Positions 53,050 to 62,169 of a DNA stretch of 64,000 nucleotides are shown piece by piece; positions within the stretch are counted from its first letter, which is position 1, and each line of letters begins with the position of its first letter. This DNA comes from an uncultured Nitrospiraceae bacterium (GTDB lineage Bacteria > Nitrospirota > Thermodesulfovibrionia > Thermodesulfovibrionales > Dissulfurispiraceae). The position numbers and the translations under genes are program-made. The stretch is from the NCBI GenBank assembly GCA_963727805.1, contig CAVSHF010000005.1, positions 768,001-832,000 of the forward strand, written 5' to 3'. Under the pieces are notes generated by a model. It was not told the origin of the DNA. It did no database searches and was given only the letters and a program-made list of their open reading frames with translations.

Positions 53050-53679
53050 TCAAGCTACATTAAGCACCCTGTCGCTGCCGGACATCAGCAGTGCATAGAG
53101 TCCTGGCTTTTCGCTCCGGAGCCTGTCTTCGAGTACAATGAGATTCGTAATAGCCGGAACGGTCTTTGATCCCATATACATTTTCGGCTCTCCTATCGGG
53201 ACAAAGTTGAATCCCATCATTATCAGGAGCCTAAAAAACCGGTGATCAGCAGAGATGAAAGCATGACTGGCTCCCGCGATCAGTAGCTTACCAAGCAAGG
53301 CCATGCAGAGTGCCTGGGTGATCTCATGCTTCTTGTACTTCTGATGTTGAGGCACGATAAAGCGCGATACTTCCGCACCAAGAACAATCTTTCCATGAAC
53401 AGACTCAACCAGTTCTTTCGGGTAAAGCTCAAAATGCTTCTCTATCGGCAACGGAATACCCCCTGGCATTATAATCCTTGTGGTTCCCACAGGATTGTCG
53501 TCATCGTCAAAGGCCAGGAAAATAATGCTCTGGCCTGCATCATATTCGTCTTTTTCTTCTGGGACAGCGTAATCCTGAGCAGGAAGCCAGCCGAGATCTC
53601 GGCACATTGTCTCAAACCGTAACCGGTAACTGGACCTCCTCTCTTCCTCTGTCCCTGCAACTGCTACTTTCACAGACAT
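53050..53679 (-). CDS. GNAT-fold acyltransferase of the LuxI / N-acyl amino acid synthase superfamily
   Basis: YRLR....C..LGW, EEKDEYD, VGTTR, LPIE, EVSRF, IGEP..YMG. Confidence 0.82.
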   Translation of the reverse strand: MSVKVAVAGTEEERRSSYRLRFETMCRDLGWLPAQDYAVPEEKDEYDAGQSIIFLAFDDDDNPVGTTRIIMPGGIPLPIEKHFELYPKELVESVHGKIVLGAEVSRFIVPQHQKYKKHEITQALCMALLGKLLIAGASHAFISADHRFFRLLIMMGFNFVPIGEPKMYMGSKTVPAITNLIVLEDRLRSEKPGLYALLMSGSDRVLNVA

Positions 53680-54955
53680 ATCGCACCTTCCTTTCGAAAT
53701 CGAGAGCATGTGGGAAACTTTCAAAAGGATGCAAACTCACGCAAACAGGCATTCCGCTGAAGACTTGGCTGAAAAGACGCTGCAAATGAATGTGCGGAGT
53801 GATACTCTCAGCACACTGGATTTCGAGCGACACCGTTTCGCAATTTCTGCTGATAAAGAAATTGCCAGTGGTGCTCGATGCGATCTCAGCGGAAGAAAAA
53901 AGGAGCTCCTTAATTCTCTCAGGATAAATGCCAGCTACGTTCCTGCCCCTCCCAAACTGCGCAAGCACCGGTAATCCGGTGTCATCCACGGGCCTGTACC
54001 CGAGGCTGATCAAGACTGTATTGATGTCACGCCACAATAACTTCTTCCCTTTGTCGCCACTCTTATATCTGATCAGTGGCAGGACCCTATCGGAATCTAT
54101 CGTCGTCAGAAGAATCGAATCGAAGGTTTCCCCCATCTCTTTTACCGTCTCTACAACGAGCGACCGCTCATCATAAGAAAACAGCATCGGGCAGAATGCT
54201 GCCTCCCCGAAAAGGGCCTTCATCAGGCGTCTGTCTTTCACAAGCATTTTTCTCAAGAGGAGCGTCTCGTCGGTCTCGAAAAAATAATTCAGGCCGAGTT
54301 CGGCCATTCCCATCGACGAATAGAGCCGGTTTTGACCTATTATGCCTTCGATATAACGGCGGTATGATTCAGAGATCCATTCACCTCCTGCGACGATAGA
54401 GAGTGGTAAATACTTCCATACAATGGACTGCTCGATGCCGTATTCAATGAGTTTCTTTATGAATAGCGGCTCGCCTGCCAGGATAATCTGCTCAAAGCTG
54501 CTGCCGAGGGATTCGATCGCAGATATCGCAGTGTCCGTCCTTACCCCTATCGATGCGACAGTAACCGATGATGAATGCAGCGATATCGCTCCCGGCAGCA
54601 GGTTGAGGAGAAGCGTCTTTTTGGTATCGGTCTGAAATTTTTTTCTCAGGAACGCCTCTATTGCCACCGATGACTTTCTCATCTCGTCAATCCCAAAAAG
54701 GCCGAAAGAAAACTCGCATCCGGTGGAACCTGAACTCGGTACGATATTCCTGACTTTCAGGAGCGGCACAGTATGGATGGCTTGCGCTATGAAATCTTTA
54801 TCGATGATGGGGAGTTCGCTCAGGTTCTCGAATTTAAGGGGATTGGGCAGCAACCCCTCGACATATTTCCGATAGGCGGGCCACTTCTTTATAACTTTCT
54901 TTACCTGCAAAACAGTCCTGACGTCCACGTCTTCTGTCTTGATATCAATATTCAT
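53612..54955 (-). CDS. Phenylacetate-CoA ligase (PaaK)-like adenylate-forming enzyme
   Basis: LPIIDK, SSGSTG, GGE, YSSMG.AELG, PLIRY..GD.G, FGR, IYP, terminal K.RY. Confidence 0.85.
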   Translation of the reverse strand: MNIDIKTEDVDVRTVLQVKKVIKKWPAYRKYVEGLLPNPLKFENLSELPIIDKDFIAQAIHTVPLLKVRNIVPSSGSTGCEFSFGLFGIDEMRKSSVAIEAFLRKKFQTDTKKTLLLNLLPGAISLHSSSVTVASIGVRTDTAISAIESLGSSFEQIILAGEPLFIKKLIEYGIEQSIVWKYLPLSIVAGGEWISESYRRYIEGIIGQNRLYSSMGMAELGLNYFFETDETLLLRKMLVKDRRLMKALFGEAAFCPMLFSYDERSLVVETVKEMGETFDSILLTTIDSDRVLPLIRYKSGDKGKKLLWRDINTVLISLGYRPVDDTGLPVLAQFGRGRNVAGIYPERIKELLFSSAEIASSTTGNFFISRNCETVSLEIQCAESITPHIHLQRLFSQVFSGMPVCVSLHPFESFPHALDFERKVRYVCESSSCRDRGREEVQLPVTV

Positions 54956-54961
54956 GACCAA

Positions 54962-55050
54962 ATCTTAGCGGAAAGACGACAGGATTAATACCGCCGTTTG
55001 GAGGATAGGCTGAACTTTTCTGGCAAATGATATCCTCTTTTCGGAGGAGA
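54962..55050 (-). promoter_or_regulatory. Putative activator-dependent leaderless promoter: -10 TAAGAT plus two 20-bp palindromic boxes
   Basis: TAAGAT (54967-54962) lies 6 nt before ATG 54955; boxes ATACCGCCGTTTGGAGGATA (54988-55007) and TATCCTCTTTTCGGAGGAGA (55031-55050). Confidence 0.6.
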
Positions 55051-55064
55051 AAAGGCCGTTTCTG

Positions 55065-55664
55065 CTATTTTCTGAGTGCCATAAAGACCGACGATATCAG
55101 AGAAGCCTTGCTGTTGACATCGAATTTCCCATAAAGGTTTTCAAGGTGCTGCTTGACCGTTGCGGGCTTGATCTGTAGTCTTTCGGCAATGTCGCTGTTT
55201 TCGGTAATCCCTTCCTCAACCATTAGCTTGAGCATATCTTCCTCACGCTTTGTGATGCCTACGGCGATGAGTTTTTCCCATAATATCGGTATGTCTTTTT
55301 GACGTTCCAGCGACTTCGCGACAGCCTTGAGGATCTCTTCTGTCTTGAAAGGTTTGGTGAAATAGTCGATAACGCCTTTCTTTACAGCATCGATCGCACT
55401 GTCGGCACTCGGGTAAGCTGTAATGACAATGATGGCCGTATCAGGACAATTCTCCGAGACATATTTTATGAGTTCTCCCCCTCCCTGACCGGGCATAAGG
55501 AGATCAGTAATCACGACATTATAAAGCCTCTTCTTGAGCAGAGCGATGGCCTCGACGCTGCTTCTCACAGGAGTAGCGGAATAGCCCGAGCTATTGAGGA
55601 TAAACGTGAGGTTCCTTCTTAATACATCTTCGTCTTCGGCAACAAGTATACTGGCCACCATCAC
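55065..55664 (-). CDS. Response regulator, receiver plus LuxR/NarL-type HTH
   Basis: ILVAEDE, VITDLLMPG, YFTKP; ITKREEDML...N.DIAERLQI...TVKQHLENLYGKF. Confidence 0.92.
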   Translation of the reverse strand: MMVASILVAEDEDVLRRNLTFILNSSGYSATPVRSSVEAIALLKKRLYNVVITDLLMPGQGGGELIKYVSENCPDTAIIVITAYPSADSAIDAVKKGVIDYFTKPFKTEEILKAVAKSLERQKDIPILWEKLIAVGITKREEDMLKLMVEEGITENSDIAERLQIKPATVKQHLENLYGKFDVNSKASLISSVFMALRK

Positions 55665-57505
55665 TCCTTTTTCAAGAGGACAGTTACTCTCGTCCCCTTG
55701 TCTTCTTCATTGCTGATTGAGATATCTCCGCCGTACTTCTTGACTATCTCTCTGCTGACGGAGAGGCCAAGTCCCGTACCCTCTGCTTTTGACGTATAGA
55801 GCGGCGAACCAATCAGGGGCAGCCTGTCTGGCGGCACACCACAGCCCGAATCGACAACGTCGATTCTGATATAATCTCCCATCTCACCTGTTATGATCTC
55901 GATAGTGTTCGAGGTGGAGAGTTCCATCGACTCCTCAGCATTCTTCATGAGATTCAGCAGGACCTGCTTTATATGTCCGGGATAGCAGGGGATAGAAGGC
56001 AGACCGGGCGATAGACTAGCGGTAACAAGGATACCCTTTCCGTTCAGCCGCCGCCTGGCTATGGAGATGATCTTCATGATTTCGGTGTTGATATCGACCG
56101 ACTGGAGCACGGCATTGTCAGCTCGATAAACCTCCAAGATCCCCTTCACGATACCCGACATCCTGTCGATCTCTTCATGGACGTCCTTGAGCACATCATG
56201 CCGATACTGGCGGTCGATCTTTATCCTGTCCAGAATAAAGAGGGCAGTTTCGATATTGGCGAGGGAATTGTTGATCTCATGCGCGATCTCTGCGGCAACT
56301 ATCCCCTTGGCGGCAAAACGCTCAGCTTCGAGCAGACGTGTCGCCATTTCCTTTTCGGCGGTAATATCTCGTGCGATAACCATAAGACCCTTTACTTCGC
56401 CGTCTTCCTTGATGGTGGTTTGGTTGGTTGAGAGAAGAAGGCGACCCGAGTCCTTTTTGATGACCTCAAGTTCAAAAACCGTTGCGGTACCTAGAAGGCT
56501 TTCGCTGAATATCTTCTCCGCTTCCTTTCGATACGCCTCATCAACAAAACAAAGAAAGTGTTTGCCCCTGATCTCTTCATGAGAATATCCTGTCAGTTCC
56601 AAACCTGTTCTGTTCATCAATACAATGATCCCATCAGTATCAACAAAGCAGATCATGTCTGATGCGCTCTCCAGCAAATTGCGGTATTGCTCCTCCGACT
56701 TATATATCCGCTCGTAGGCTTCCTCGAGTTTTGCGTGGTTCTCCTCAAGATGGGCTAGCGCCTCCTGCAGGACCTTTTCCTTTCCTGGAAGTCTGCTGAA
56801 CAATCTTCTTTTTGACTCCTGCCACTGCAGGCGAAAAATACAGCTGTGTGCCCCGAAACCTGTCCTGCCGAGAGTGAACACCCCCGATTCAGGAATTCTG
56901 CCCAGCGGCGTCCAATCGCCTTTATCAGCTCCTGTTTCGACTACCGTTCCCGAATCGTTTATGGAATAATATTTCCCCTTATGCTTTCCGAGCTGATCCA
57001 CGGGTACAACACACTGCATTTCTATAACCGATGTCGGCCCCATACCGAACAACTCTGAGGTGAGACTGAAGAGTCCCTGATTGAAGAGACACGCCCCCCT
57101 CGTCTGCTTACCCCGGATTTTAAGCTCTACGGTTGCATGGCATGTCCCCACATCGATGACAGCAATGTTGACAATATCCTTGGTGAGAAAACGCGCGATC
57201 TTCGGGGCATACCTGATAAGACGTTCTGGCGTCATGAACATGTTGAAAACAATATTGACCATGCCAAGAGATTTGAGGGAGATTACGCTCCTGCCGATCT
57301 CAAACATAATGCGCTCATCGTCAAAGAGCCGTACCAGTCTCTCTTCAAGGATACGCTCAGTATCCCATGGGACCCAGTTATTAGGATCGGAAAGAAATCC
57401 TTCGTCGTAGGGCAAGCCTGCAAGGAGCGGCGAAAGGAATTCGGGTCTAGTGTGTTTTACGTACTCGAGAAAACTACTCGTTATCTTGCAGCTGATCTCG
57501 TTCAC
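55661..57505 (-). CDS. Soluble sensor histidine kinase: unassigned N-terminal domain, PAS, HisKA, HATPase
   Basis: AHEINN H-box, QVLLNLMKNA, DSGCG, GTGLGL; PAS (GYSHEEIRGK...ARDIT); no clear TM helix. Confidence 0.92.
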   Translation of the reverse strand: MNEISCKITSSFLEYVKHTRPEFLSPLLAGLPYDEGFLSDPNNWVPWDTERILEERLVRLFDDERIMFEIGRSVISLKSLGMVNIVFNMFMTPERLIRYAPKIARFLTKDIVNIAVIDVGTCHATVELKIRGKQTRGACLFNQGLFSLTSELFGMGPTSVIEMQCVVPVDQLGKHKGKYYSINDSGTVVETGADKGDWTPLGRIPESGVFTLGRTGFGAHSCIFRLQWQESKRRLFSRLPGKEKVLQEALAHLEENHAKLEEAYERIYKSEEQYRNLLESASDMICFVDTDGIIVLMNRTGLELTGYSHEEIRGKHFLCFVDEAYRKEAEKIFSESLLGTATVFELEVIKKDSGRLLLSTNQTTIKEDGEVKGLMVIARDITAEKEMATRLLEAERFAAKGIVAAEIAHEINNSLANIETALFILDRIKIDRQYRHDVLKDVHEEIDRMSGIVKGILEVYRADNAVLQSVDINTEIMKIISIARRRLNGKGILVTASLSPGLPSIPCYPGHIKQVLLNLMKNAEESMELSTSNTIEIITGEMGDYIRIDVVDSGCGVPPDRLPLIGSPLYTSKAEGTGLGLSVSREIVKKYGGDISISNEEDKGTRVTVLLKKE

Positions 57506-57711
57506 ACCAGAACACAGCTCAAATGAATAATTTCAGACAATACGATTTCTGCATATGGATGTCGCAAACGGCTGTCCCTTCTCAAAGACTTTTATTAAAA
57601 TTATAAAGGTTTTCAATCCCAAATTGATATGCCCTTGACTCACGGAAAAGGTATTGAATACAATCAAGACCAAAGAAATATAAAAATAGGAGCCGAAAGG
57701 AGGAGTCCGCA

Positions 57712-58206
57712 ATGAGCGAAAAGGAAAAGGAATCTCTGGAAGAGTCGCTAGGAGGATACAAGGAAAAAATCTTACCCATTAATAAGGCAACTCTGACATG
57801 GGATAAGGACCTTATCTTCGTGGGCAGGACGCAGGAGGGGTATGAAATCGATTTCGACGCCCATGTCCAGTGGGGATGCAAGCCGACGGATGCTCTACTC
57901 CTTGCTCTCGCCGGCTGCATGGCTATCGACATCGTCATGTTCCTGCAAAAGATGCGAATGAAACTCGCCACTTTTAAGATCGATATCATGGGAGAGAGAA
58001 ATCCGACACCGCCGCAGTTCTACAAAGCCATCGAGATGGTACTTAATATAGCCGGGAAAGACCTCGAAGCCAAAAAAATAGAGCGGGCCATCTCACTCTC
58101 TCACGAGAAATATTGCTCCGTTTACAATTCTTTGAGGAAAGATATGGAGGTCAGAGTGCGGTACGTGCTTGAAGAAAAGGAGCCAGAGGAAAAGAGCGAC
58201 CATTGA
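57712..58206 (+). CDS. OsmC/Ohr-family protein (YhfA-like)
   Basis: P.D.LLLALAGC.AID, LSHEKYCSV. Confidence 0.9.
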   Translation: MSEKEKESLEESLGGYKEKILPINKATLTWDKDLIFVGRTQEGYEIDFDAHVQWGCKPTDALLLALAGCMAIDIVMFLQKMRMKLATFKIDIMGERNPTPPQFYKAIEMVLNIAGKDLEAKKIERAISLSHEKYCSVYNSLRKDMEVRVRYVLEEKEPEEKSDH

Positions 58207-58898
58207 GGCCATACGGGATCATGGTCCCCACCTTGGTGGAGGCCGAAATTCTTATCCGCAGCATAGCGGAAAGGGAAGAAGTCGTCATTCAAGGCAAGCC
58301 ATTTCATAAAGGGCTGCTGAAAGACAGGCCCTTAGTCATCTGTCTCTGCGGTATTGGAAAAACCAATGCCGCCCACGGCGCCACTCTACTGCTCGAAAGA
58401 TTTCACCCCACGTTTATCTGCGTAATCGGCGTAGCCGGGGCTTACCCCTCGGCTGGCTTGACAATCGGCGACATCGTCGTTGGTGAGAAAGAGATTTACG
58501 GGGATGAGGGTCTTCTGCTCGAAACAGGGCTTGAGACGATGAACGCAATCGGGCTGCCCCTTGTTGACATTGGAACCGTCCACTGCTTCAATGAGTTTCC
58601 GCTCCATATGCCGGAGGAGTTAAGAGGTCACCGACACAAAGGCGTTTTTGTCACCGTATCAGCATGCACAGGTACATTGAAACGAGGCAGGGAGATTGAG
58701 ACAAGGTTCGGGGCTCTCTGCGAAAACATGGAAGGCGCTGCAGTCGCCCACGTATGCCTGCTAAACAATGTCCGCGCCACCGAAATAAGAGGCATCAGCA
58801 ATGTCATCGAAAACCGCGCAGGAAAGCCGCTTGACAAGTCCGCAATTGTTGAGGCTGCGCACAAGGTCCAGACATTTTTTCTGAAGAGAATGCTTTAA
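58203..58898 (+). CDS. mqnB: Futalosine hydrolase
   Basis: GIGKTNAA, GVAGAY, EIYGDEG, TVS.CTGT, ENMEGAAVAH, EIRGISN; mqnD is also in the window. Confidence 0.88.
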   Translation: MRPYGIMVPTLVEAEILIRSIAEREEVVIQGKPFHKGLLKDRPLVICLCGIGKTNAAHGATLLLERFHPTFICVIGVAGAYPSAGLTIGDIVVGEKEIYGDEGLLLETGLETMNAIGLPLVDIGTVHCFNEFPLHMPEELRGHRHKGVFVTVSACTGTLKRGREIETRFGALCENMEGAAVAHVCLLNNVRATEIRGISNVIENRAGKPLDKSAIVEAAHKVQTFFLKRML

Positions 58899-59408
58899 TT
58901 AAGCCTGAGACGATATTGGGGGACTTGCCTGTCCCTTGAGCTGAGATACGATCTTCTGCACACCCTCGACGTAGTTGCGATAATTTTCCCCAGCATGCTG
59001 CATGAAGCCTTCATAGGCCTTGATAGTTTCATCAACGAGGCCCTTTTTGTTATACGCTATGCCGAGATTATAGTAGGCTTCTGCAATTTCGGGATTCAGA
59101 TTGACAGCCTTCGTTAGTTCCTCGATCGCCTCATCCACGAGTCCCTTGTTCAGCAGCACTAGGCCAAGATTGGCATGGGCAAGGGGAAAGTTTTGTTCGA
59201 TGTGCAGGGCATTCCTGAATTCCTCAATCGCCTCATCAAAGCGACTCTGATTAAAAAGCGCAAGCCCCATATTATTGTAGGCTTCCGCAAACTCAGCGTT
59301 GTTCTTCAGTGCTTCCTTAAACTCCGCGATCGCGGCATCGAGACGGTTATCCTGCATGGCGATATTACCGAGTTCGAAGTGGTCGACTTCATTATTCTGA
59401 TCGGTCAT
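58899..59408 (-). CDS. Tetratricopeptide repeat protein
   Basis: Four TPR units (AEAYNNMG, LAHANLG, AEAYYNLG). Confidence 0.92.
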   Translation of the reverse strand: MTDQNNEVDHFELGNIAMQDNRLDAAIAEFKEALKNNAEFAEAYNNMGLALFNQSRFDEAIEEFRNALHIEQNFPLAHANLGLVLLNKGLVDEAIEELTKAVNLNPEIAEAYYNLGIAYNKKGLVDETIKAYEGFMQHAGENYRNYVEGVQKIVSQLKGQASPPISSQA

Positions 59409-59498
59409 TAAACGCTCCTCTCAACTTGGAAATGATTTGTCATTGCATTATATCATCAATGCCTAGCGAATGCGTAGTCTCTTCAGGGATCAAGCAGC

Positions 59499-61028
59499 TC
59501 AGGAGGAGACAATCTTTTCTTCCCAACGCACCGGGAAATAGATACGTACCGTCGTACCTTTACCAGGCTCACTATCGACGGTGATCTCGCCGAGGTGCTC
59601 GGTGACAATCTGGCGCACAAGCGGCAGGCCCATGCCAAAGCCGTACTGTTTGGTGCTAAACAAGGGGTTGAATATTTGCTTGGCCACATCAGATGGGATA
59701 CCCTTGCCGTTATCTGTCACGGTAACAAGGATATGCTCTTTTTTCCTTTCCGCCAGCACAGAAATAGTGCCACCCGGTGGAGTCGATTCGAGGGCATTTC
59801 TGAGAACATGAAAGAAGGCAGCCTTAATGAGGTTCTTCTGCATATTGATTGGAAGCTGTCCCTCCGGCAATAAAACTCGTATCGTAACGCGCCGTTCACG
59901 CGTTTCGTATTCCATAGCATCTACAACTGTACTGATGACGGCCTTCAGATCCTCGAATTTGAACATGCCACGCTTGGCCTTGAAGAATGCTTCGAATTGT
60001 TCTACGATGGCTTCGAGCTTCTTGCACTCATCTGCCATGTCCCGAACTGTCTCTTCGGCCTTACCCGTGACCTGACCCTTCTCGATCATACGGCGGCAAG
60101 CGCCGCCCATAAAGAAGGCTGGATTACGCACTCTGTCAGCTACAGTCAGTCCCATAAGGGCCATAGTCCTCTCCGCCACGAGAGTGCCGATATCCTCATT
60201 GAGTTCCGTAAGTGTTGAGTTTATCCTCTGGATTTCTCGACGTTGCTCAGCCATTTTCAGATAGATTTGATAGGCTCGGATAAAGAAGAGGCTGACGCAT
60301 CCAACACCAAGAATGGCAACAGTGTTAAGACTTCCACTGTAAGGCTGGATAAACAGCCAGATATCATTATGCTCCGTAGAAATGAGGACATGCTGTACTA
60401 TATGCCCGAAGGACCTGGATATCGAATAAATGAGATACGATGTTGAGAGCCAGATCATATAGCTCCAAAGGGCGTTATCCTTGTCCCTCCGAAAAAGTCT
60501 GCTGCTCTCCAGAAGACTCAGCGAGGCAAGAACCATAAAGATAACTGTACCGGCGATATCTGAAATGAGAATAGGAAGAAACGGAATATAGGCTGGGGAG
60601 ACCGGCGCCTCGTGTTCCTCACGCCTATGCTCCCTAAGCCCGAGATAAAAAAGGAGCATGGCGATATCGAGAAGAATCTGGTCCATGCGCGATGCATACA
60701 AAAAATAATCCCATCCCTCAATAACTGCGATCCGTTGAAAATAGTTCCATCCCTCCGTTTCACCGATAATCCAGAGATCTGAGAACCGACCCAGAAAGAC
60801 GAGCACATCCCACAGGATGAAGACGATCACCGAATAGAAGGAATAGCGCCAGCCCTTCTGCAGGTATAGGCGATTCTTTACCATGAGACTCAAAACTGCA
60901 ACAAAAGCGACAAGGAGAAAAAAACGCCCAATCTGATGCGTATAAAGGGCCGGATACTCCTGTGGAACATAGCCCCATGCATTCATTGGCAGAAAAATAA
61001 GAAAGAAGACAATAATGGCTCGTTTCAT
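59499..61028 (-). CDS. Polytopic membrane histidine-kinase-like protein with altered H-box
   Basis: About 7-8 hydrophobic segments; ADRVRNP in place of AHE.RNP; NALE, DNGKG, FSTK, GFGMGL. Confidence 0.85.
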   Translation of the reverse strand: MKRAIIVFFLIFLPMNAWGYVPQEYPALYTHQIGRFFLLVAFVAVLSLMVKNRLYLQKGWRYSFYSVIVFILWDVLVFLGRFSDLWIIGETEGWNYFQRIAVIEGWDYFLYASRMDQILLDIAMLLFYLGLREHRREEHEAPVSPAYIPFLPILISDIAGTVIFMVLASLSLLESSRLFRRDKDNALWSYMIWLSTSYLIYSISRSFGHIVQHVLISTEHNDIWLFIQPYSGSLNTVAILGVGCVSLFFIRAYQIYLKMAEQRREIQRINSTLTELNEDIGTLVAERTMALMGLTVADRVRNPAFFMGGACRRMIEKGQVTGKAEETVRDMADECKKLEAIVEQFEAFFKAKRGMFKFEDLKAVISTVVDAMEYETRERRVTIRVLLPEGQLPINMQKNLIKAAFFHVLRNALESTPPGGTISVLAERKKEHILVTVTDNGKGIPSDVAKQIFNPLFSTKQYGFGMGLPLVRQIVTEHLGEITVDSEPGKGTTVRIYFPVRWEEKIVSS

Positions 61029-61228
61029 GATCTTTGGCGCTGACAAACCTCAAGAATATTTTTTCTCGAGAAGTCGTTCCTTCATAAACCTTTTTTTCAG
61101 CATATAAATATTTTCACTATTATACCACTATCTCTTAACCCTCATTATACAAACGCCATATATATGAATGTCAGACTGGCATCAGCCCTCCTCTTGACAG
61201 GGGGCGAAACAATCATTATTGTAGATTA

Positions 61229-61918
61229 ATGCAGCTTATCCTTTTCGATATTGACGGCACACTCGTAGACTCAGGGGGTGCCGGCGTCCGTTCTCTCGAT
61301 CACGCTTTTAAAGAAATACTCTCGATTGAAAACGCCTTTAGAGAAATCAGCATGGCAGGCAAGACAGACCTCCAGATCGTGAAGGAAGGTCTATCAGCAC
61401 ATGGATTATGTTCAGCTAACGGCTTGGTCCCTCGCATAACCGATGCTTATATTCGTCACCTTGAGAGAGAGATACAGAGCAGCGACAAGCACCTAAAGCC
61501 CGGAATCATAGATGCCCTCGAGGCGGTAAAGAACCGGGGCGACCGTTATCAACTCGGTCTTCTCACAGGGAACCTCGAGCAGGGAGCGCGGATAAAACTC
61601 AGTGTTTTCGACCTTAATGAATATTTTCTGACAGGAGCTTTCGGCAGTGATCATGAGGACAGAAACAAGCTTCTCCCGATTGCCATCCACCGTTTCAACA
61701 CCGTTTCCGGAAGGCACTTCGCTTTTTCGGATTGTATCGTCATTGGCGACACGCCGCTCGATGTCATGTGTGCAAGACCTTATGACGCTGTGTGCATCGC
61801 TGTTGCGACCGGCCCTTATGGAGCAGGTAGCCTCGTTGAGGCAGGTGCTGATGTTGTCGTGGAAGACCTCTCCGACACTGAGCATTTTCTGAATATCCTC
61901 CATTTCCTCGAAAATTAA
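61229..61918 (+). CDS. HAD-superfamily hydrolase (phosphoglycolate phosphatase-like)
   Basis: LFDIDGTL, LLTGN, IGDTPLD. Confidence 0.92.
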   Translation: MQLILFDIDGTLVDSGGAGVRSLDHAFKEILSIENAFREISMAGKTDLQIVKEGLSAHGLCSANGLVPRITDAYIRHLEREIQSSDKHLKPGIIDALEAVKNRGDRYQLGLLTGNLEQGARIKLSVFDLNEYFLTGAFGSDHEDRNKLLPIAIHRFNTVSGRHFAFSDCIVIGDTPLDVMCARPYDAVCIAVATGPYGAGSLVEAGADVVVEDLSDTEHFLNILHFLEN

Positions 61919-62169
61919 CAGATGCAATTCCACGCCAAACAGGACGTATATCTTGAAAATTAATCATTAATCCTTTTACGACCGATTCACAATTCTTTGC
62001 AATGCTTAAAACAAGGTTACTCACAAGCAGAAAGGAGAACGACCATGACATGCCTCTTAATGATATGCGTGGGAAGGAAACTCAGGCAAGAGCGCTAAGA
62101 TTACTGGCGTTTAAGAGGAAGGCCTTGCAAGTGTACGATAAAACAGTTCGGCCTCATTATTAGCAAGCA

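Noticed and set aside
62045..62163. Tiny ORFs after an AAGGAG RBS-like site
   Set aside because: Under 40 aa, competing frames, no recognisable motif.
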